Positions 58,601 through 64,000 of a stretch of 64,000 nt of DNA are shown here, in pieces. Position 1 is the first letter of the stretch. Every line of letters begins with the position of its first letter. The stretch is from Monocercomonoides exilis PA203 (taxonomy: Eukaryota > Protista > Preaxostyla): the NCBI GenBank assembly GCA_001643675.2, contig LSRY02000006.1, positions 1,612,001-1,676,000 of the forward strand. Direction: 5' to 3'. The notes below the pieces were generated by a model. That model worked only from the letters and a program-made list of their open reading frames with translations. It had not been told where the DNA came from and ran no database searches. A program made the translations under genes and the position numbers.

Positions 58601-61600
58601 TCGATGATGGAATGACCCCATTCAACAATGATCGATCTGTTCACTCAGAAAATGGCACTGTGCATGGAGATAACATCATGTGCGCCACATTCCAGAAGCC
58701 GAACCTTTTGGTTGCTTCAGCCGATGATGGGTCTCTTGCTGCTTGGAACATCGAGACAGGAACATGCCGTGCTCAGCTGAAAATGAACGCAATCAAAACT
58801 GCTCAAGCTGCACAGCTTGCCCGTGTTACCAGTGCTTTAAATCGAGGAGGCTCTATCCATGGAGCAAACTCATCCAACAGTGGAGATAAAAGCAATACTG
58901 CCAATGGCTCAAGTAATAACCAGCAGAGCTCCCAAAATTCAGGCGCAAATGCTGGACAAAGCTTTGGGTCATCCGTTCGAGCCAGCTTTGCAGGAGTTGG
59001 AAATGAAAGAGGAAATGCATCAGTTTCTGGAAACAATGGAGAAGGGAATGGCGATGCGGGTGGGCAAGGAATGACACAGTCTTCGACGGCATTAGCAACT
59101 TCTGCATCTGTTCTTTCTACGCCGCATGGAGACAAGAATGCAGAAAGAGCAAACAGCGAAGCTGACACATCCTCTGCTTCTGCTTCAACTGCATCAAACG
59201 CTCTGAGTTCATCTCCAAGTACTCAAGCAAAAATGCCTAATTCGTCTGCGCCTGGAACACCTCCTTCTTCTATTCCTTCTTCATCTTTCGGTGCAATTTC
59301 ATCGAGTCCTCCGTTGGCATCAAACTCCTCTACGGTTTCTTTAATGGCTTCAAGCACTTCAACTTCCACATCGAGCATAAAGAATTTGGAGGAAATGGAT
59401 TTGCAAGTTATAACTCAGTGTCTGTTTGTTCCGTTGCATCCGGACTTGCTGATGACCCACGGCATCGATGGGAAGCTGCGCTTTTGGAGTGTGACGCGTT
59501 CACAGCTTCTGCTTGCAGTGCAGACGTATCAAAGCACTGCATTTTGTGCGTTTGATCCGTCTGGCACATGGATGGCCCTTGGGAATAACGACGGTGTTGT
59601 GCAGGTGTATCGTGTTTCTTCATTCACAAATGTGATTGAAAGGAATTATGGCATAACGTCAACTAGTAAAGGAAGTACGGCTTCTCTTTTTGCATCGCCA
59701 AATTCAGCACATACTTCTCTTCCACCAGCAACACTTCCTACGATGGATACAACATCTCCTTCTTCCTATTCCGCTGTGCCGATGCCTCTAACTCCACAAA
59801 TGGCAGGTGTTGTGGGAACATATGCAGCGCCTTTGGTACCGCATACGAGTCAGGAAGGGCAAGTACAGTCAGATCAGTCGATGGTCAATTCATTTGAGAA
59901 TAGTTTCGATGGAGGAAATTCAAACAAGTTTGACTTCAAAGATTATTTGGCAAGTCAAGCAAATTCAACTCCATGTGCTAATCCAGTATCGACTTTTCAT
60001 TCTCAAGTCCCAATTTATTCACCTCTTTCCTCTCCGTTTCAGACGAGTCATTCAGCAGGTGATAGCAACGAATCTAACAATTCTCAAAATGGTGCTTCTC
60101 CTTCGAATCGGTCCTCACTCTCACCCATGGTGCCTCCATCGTCCATATCAGGGCAGGGCTCATCTTCGACACTTCGACGCTCTGCTCGGAACTCTTCAGA
60201 GCTCAGTGCAACTGATCTACTCTCGTTCCATTTCAGAGCATCTCTTGAAGAAATCAATCATCTTGTGTTCGTTCCTCTTGATGACTTGCCTTGTATCTCC
60301 AGCCCATCTTTTCACAAATCTGTTTATTCGCAGTTTGCAGTGGTTATACCAGAAGAGGGCAATAGTACTAGCGACATTATCCAGCCAGCATTATCTTTGA
60401 CATCTGCGTTTTCTTCCTCATCTTCATTACTCTCATCACCTGTCAGTTCACCAATCTCTTCTCCTTTCCACACGCATCCATCAAGTCAGCAAAACCAGTT
60501 CCGTATCAAATCACCTAAAGTATCTCTCCTCTTCTTGGCAATTGCTTCAGGCACTGTAATCTCGCTGAACACACTTGATGGATCACTTGTCGGCTCGTAT
60601 GGAGTGGCTGTCACACGAAACCAGCCGAAGTTGTCGAGCATTCTGAACAGCGTTCCTTTCACACCGCTTGGAGAACCGAATTCATTGCCTTTCACATTTG
60701 GAGTGGAAAAGCAGAAGAAAGAGCGAAAGAGAGTAATTCCTGCAAAGCAGAGATTTGGAATGAGCGGAACGTCCACTTCACAAAGCTCGTTTTTATCGGC
60801 ATCGGGCCAATCTTCATCAGCATATCCGACGACAGTATCGCCCCGCGGAGGTGGAGCAGATGCAGTGAAGAAGAGCGATGATACAGATGCAAGACAAGAT
60901 GAACATAATTCTGGCTCCAACGCAAAAGATGCTGATGATAATGCATCCGAAGATGAAGATGAGTTTGAAGATGCAGAAAAGCCAAAAACTACAAATAAAG
61001 TTGCTGGAAGTGGAGCGACTTCGGGAGGAAAAGCGGCAACTCTTCACAGACTGAATTCTTTGACAAGACGAAATTCAAAAGTGATCTCTTCCCATGGCCA
61101 TGATACTCTCAAAATGAAATCACAAAATAATCTCAAAAGCGAGAAAGACATACAAAAGGATGCGCTTGTTCATTCAACTGAGCACAATCATGATGCCAAA
61201 GCAGGAAGTGAGAGAAAAGGCTTCAATGAAAGCAAAGCACAGAGTTTTCAATCAAAACCATCTGGAACTGTGGACAATCGATTGTCGGTTGCAAGTTCAT
61301 CGGCACAGTCACCATTGTCTTCTCCATCTGCAACAAAGACAGCGCTATCAACATCTCACGTCAGCTCAAACACACAAAAGCTGACAGGTGCCACTTCAGG
61401 CACTTCACCAATGGCTTCGCACATTCAGCAGCCAGTTCGCTCACCTCAAACCCGCTCTCCTCAATTCACCACTCCATCTTTCATTTCACCTTTACAATAT
61501 CGTCAAGCTTCTGACTTATCAACGCCTCAACCTGCAAAATCTGAGCATGCCATTCAGCTTCTTCTCCAGCGGAGAGAGAAATTAAAGTCACTTAATTTAA

Positions 61601-62145
61601 CTCCGGCTTCTAATGATAATGATGAAGACACTTCAACCAGCAAATCGCAGAAGTCTCCCCAGACCCTCTCGAAAGCATCTAAAAGTTATGCAGACAACGC
61701 CAGCCTACCAAATGTGCTGAACTCTGATGAGGCAGGCACCGAAGCCAGAGATAGAGGCGATATTCGAGACAAAGACGAAGAGACGCTGAAAAGACCAGAA
61801 ACTGCTCATTCAGTAAACAGCCAGCAGCATCAGCAAAGTAGTTATTCACAAACAAGCAGACCGAAAGATGTGGAAGAAAAACGTACGAATTCCGATGCAG
61901 CTAAAGGAGGAATTGAAAGTTTGGGCCTCCGCGAAGATTTATCTCTCTCTGAGCAGATTGCTGCTCTTCAAAACAAAAAACTCGAAGCAGCAAGTGCGAC
62001 TAACGTCAGTGCTCAAGGCACGCTTCTTGGAAAAGTGACTCATACTTACACAAAGAAAGCATTGCTTAACAGAACACGGCAAACTCAAAAAGCATCCACA
62101 CTCCCTGATCCTCCGTCTTGGAAGCCTACAACAAGTCCATATTAA
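52638..62145 (+). CDS. EF-hand + WD40-repeat protein (WDR49/EFCAB8/WDR64-like) with extensive Ser-rich insertions; three short 5' exons, a fourth short exon, then a long exon from about 53364
   Basis: Spliced EF-hand loop IFRKIDANSIGR|IPWAEF and WD motif FFTG|SNDGQIKSW. Many WD repeats: VTASLDSTMKLFD, ISGSMDHTVAIWN, GHAAPV, SLGMDGCIRIWD, VTGSLDGFIKVWN, ASADDGSLAAWN, GIDGKLRFWS. Confidence 0.85.
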
Positions 62146-62600
62146 TTTCTGTAGAAATAATTAGTTTCGTTTATTTTTATTTGTTGCCTTTTTTTTTCCT
62201 TTTTTTGTTTATTTCTTGTGTTTTGATTTATGTGATTATGTATATAATGCTTTTTCAGTTGATGGACTCATTTACTTTTTTTCTGTGTGTTGTATTTTAC
62301 AATCAAAAATTATTTTATGTTTTTTACTTTATTGTTGATTGGATATAAAGTTAATGTGTTATTTCTTGAATCAATTCTTTTCCAACTTGTTATTCGCCTT
62401 TTTGTTCATTCAAAAAGAAAATGAAATACGGGAGAAAAGTGTCTGTGCAAGTGTAATTTTTCTAAGCGAGAAAGGAGAGAAAGATAAATATGCAAAAATG
62501 CAACATTCATAATTATTTTGTAGAATATTTCTGTTTGAAAAGTTAGCGTTGTCAATAATGCGTTAATCAATTTTTTTCAATTTATAAATAGAAAAATACC

Positions 62601-63471
62601 TTAAAATACTGTTTGAAGTTTATCTGGGAAAAGAATTCCTTTCATTTTTGGAAGGAGGTTTTCATAGGCAATCTTCAGTCGAGCTTCGAGGGTATTGTTA
62701 AGTCTAATTCGTCCATCGTGGCATGTTAAAATCACACCTCCAGCGCTATGATTAAAAATTTCTTAATTTTAAGAAAAAATGAATGTTTAAAATCACATAC
62801 CAGAATTGACCGCTTTTAGATTGATCTGGTCCTGAGGGGAGTGATTCGCTTTCATCAACAATTACGTGAAATTCCATTTTCTTTGGAGCAATTGATTCTT
62901 CTGCTTTTTTAATTGCTTGTGGAATAGATTCTTTTACAAGTGCGATATCTTCTTTGCGGCACTAAAAAATAAAAAAAATTTTTTATATTTCCTTAATATT
63001 AACTTCAAGCTCAAGAATTCAAACCAAAATTGAAACATGTGCTTCAAGAAGTTCTGTGAGGCCCTGTGAAATGAGGTTAACAAGCAATTGCTTGTATTTG
63101 TCGGTGTTTTTTGATTGCTCTGCAGAGCTTAGTTTTGCCTTTTCCAACAATGATTCGAGCATTTCGTTTCGTTGTTTTTGAATATCAAGCAAAATTGTAT
63201 TTGTTCGATTTGAAATTTCACTAATAATTTTTAAAATGAAAATGAATTAATAGCATCTTAGAAACGCAAACATTCTACGCTTCACAGAGATCTGGGACTG
63301 TTTGCGTGCATATTCTTTTCTGATTCTTTCTTTTTCTGCCTCAAGTAATGAATTCTTTTCTGTGTAATAATCTTCCTCTGCATTGGCAGTAATTTCCTCT
63401 GCTTTTTCGTTAGCTTCTTGGATGATGAAGCTTTTCATCTGGTCGATAGATTTCTGAACTTTAGGATCCAT
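62601..63471 (-). CDS. VMA4: V-type H+-ATPase V1 subunit E, 4 exons
   Basis: IDQMKSFIIQEANEKAEEI..AEEDYYTEK, YKQLLVNLISQGL, L|CRKED, C|AGGVILTCHDGRIRLNNTLEARL..LLPKMKGILF; TAA at 62603-62601. Confidence 0.95.
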
Positions 63472-63619
63472 TTCTTTGTTTTGCTCAATGGGTAAGATCA
63501 TTAGTTGATGAATTTTTCTGTATATCACTGGAATCAATAAGAGAGTAATATCATCAGAGACAATTGTTTTCACAAAAAAACTCTATCAAAAATCGTTTAT
63601 GGTGGTTAATTAGATCAAA

Positions 63620-64000
63620 ATGGAAGATAATAAAGATAAAATTGAAACACCTGAAAATTCGAGTAACTTAACGACTGATACTGATAATGATAAACAATTA
63701 TTAGATTCAAATCAAAGTTTGCTCTGATTTTATTTAATTTACTTTTTAATGAAAATGTTTAATTCAAAAAAAGCTGTGGTTCAGACTGAAGTCGTTGAGG
63801 GTGAAAAGAAATCAGATGAAATAGCAGCAAATGAAAGTGATGAAGAGTTATTTGAAGATGACAATGAACCGAAAAAGCAATTAAAAGACCCGCAATCAAG
63901 TGAAAATAAAGAAATTGAGAACCTCGAAGAAATTGAAGAAGAATCTGAAGATGAGGAAGATGACGATGAAGAAGATGAAGACGATGATGCTTATAAGCCA
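63620..64000 (+). CDS. Hypothetical protein with acidic N-terminus, 3'-partial; exons 63620-63716, 63774->64000
   Basis: ATG exon, phase-1 GT-AG intron, then an open D/E-rich frame running off the window end. Confidence 0.6.

Noticed and set aside
1-64000. Alternative genetic code (TAA/TAG read as Gln), CRISPR arrays, tRNA/rRNA genes, telomeric repeats
   Set aside because: Conserved genes end at TAA or TAG and have no in-frame stops; no repeat-spacer arrays, cloverleafs, rRNA or telomere motifs were seen by eye.

Overview
Eukaryotic nuclear DNA, gene-dense, standard genetic code (TAA, TAG and TGA all used as stops), with short AT-rich GT-AG introns (mostly about 50-85 nt) and proteins swollen by Ser-rich low-complexity insertions. 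The gene style and the receptor-pseudokinase family suggest an anaerobic metamonad such as the oxymonad Monocercomonoides (inference, not checked). About 14 protein genes, in order: a partial receptor-like pseudokinase, a DPE2-type 4-alpha-glucanotransferase, a membrane-anchored 5'-nucleotidase-like metallophosphoesterase, a PPIP5K/Vip1, Bet3/TRAPPC3, a 4-TM Ser-rich protein, a ~3500-aa TmcB-like membrane protein, a hypothetical protein, EF-1beta, NOC3, an LRR/coiled-coil/EF-hand protein, an EF-hand/WD40 protein, V-ATPase subunit E and a partial acidic protein. Two AT-rich gene deserts (about 3.5-8.5 kb and 29-32 kb) are built from nested inverted repeats and MITE-like elements and share a repeat module. 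Most notable observations: (1) the TmcB-like receptor ends in a hemerythrin domain, a candidate O2/NO/iron-sensing membrane protein; (2) the PPIP5K has two complete histidine-phosphatase domains, the first catalytically dead; (3) an intergenic box C/D RNA candidate has a guide complementary to U2 snRNA, predicting 2'-O-methylation at the C28-equivalent. Exon boundaries were read by eye.
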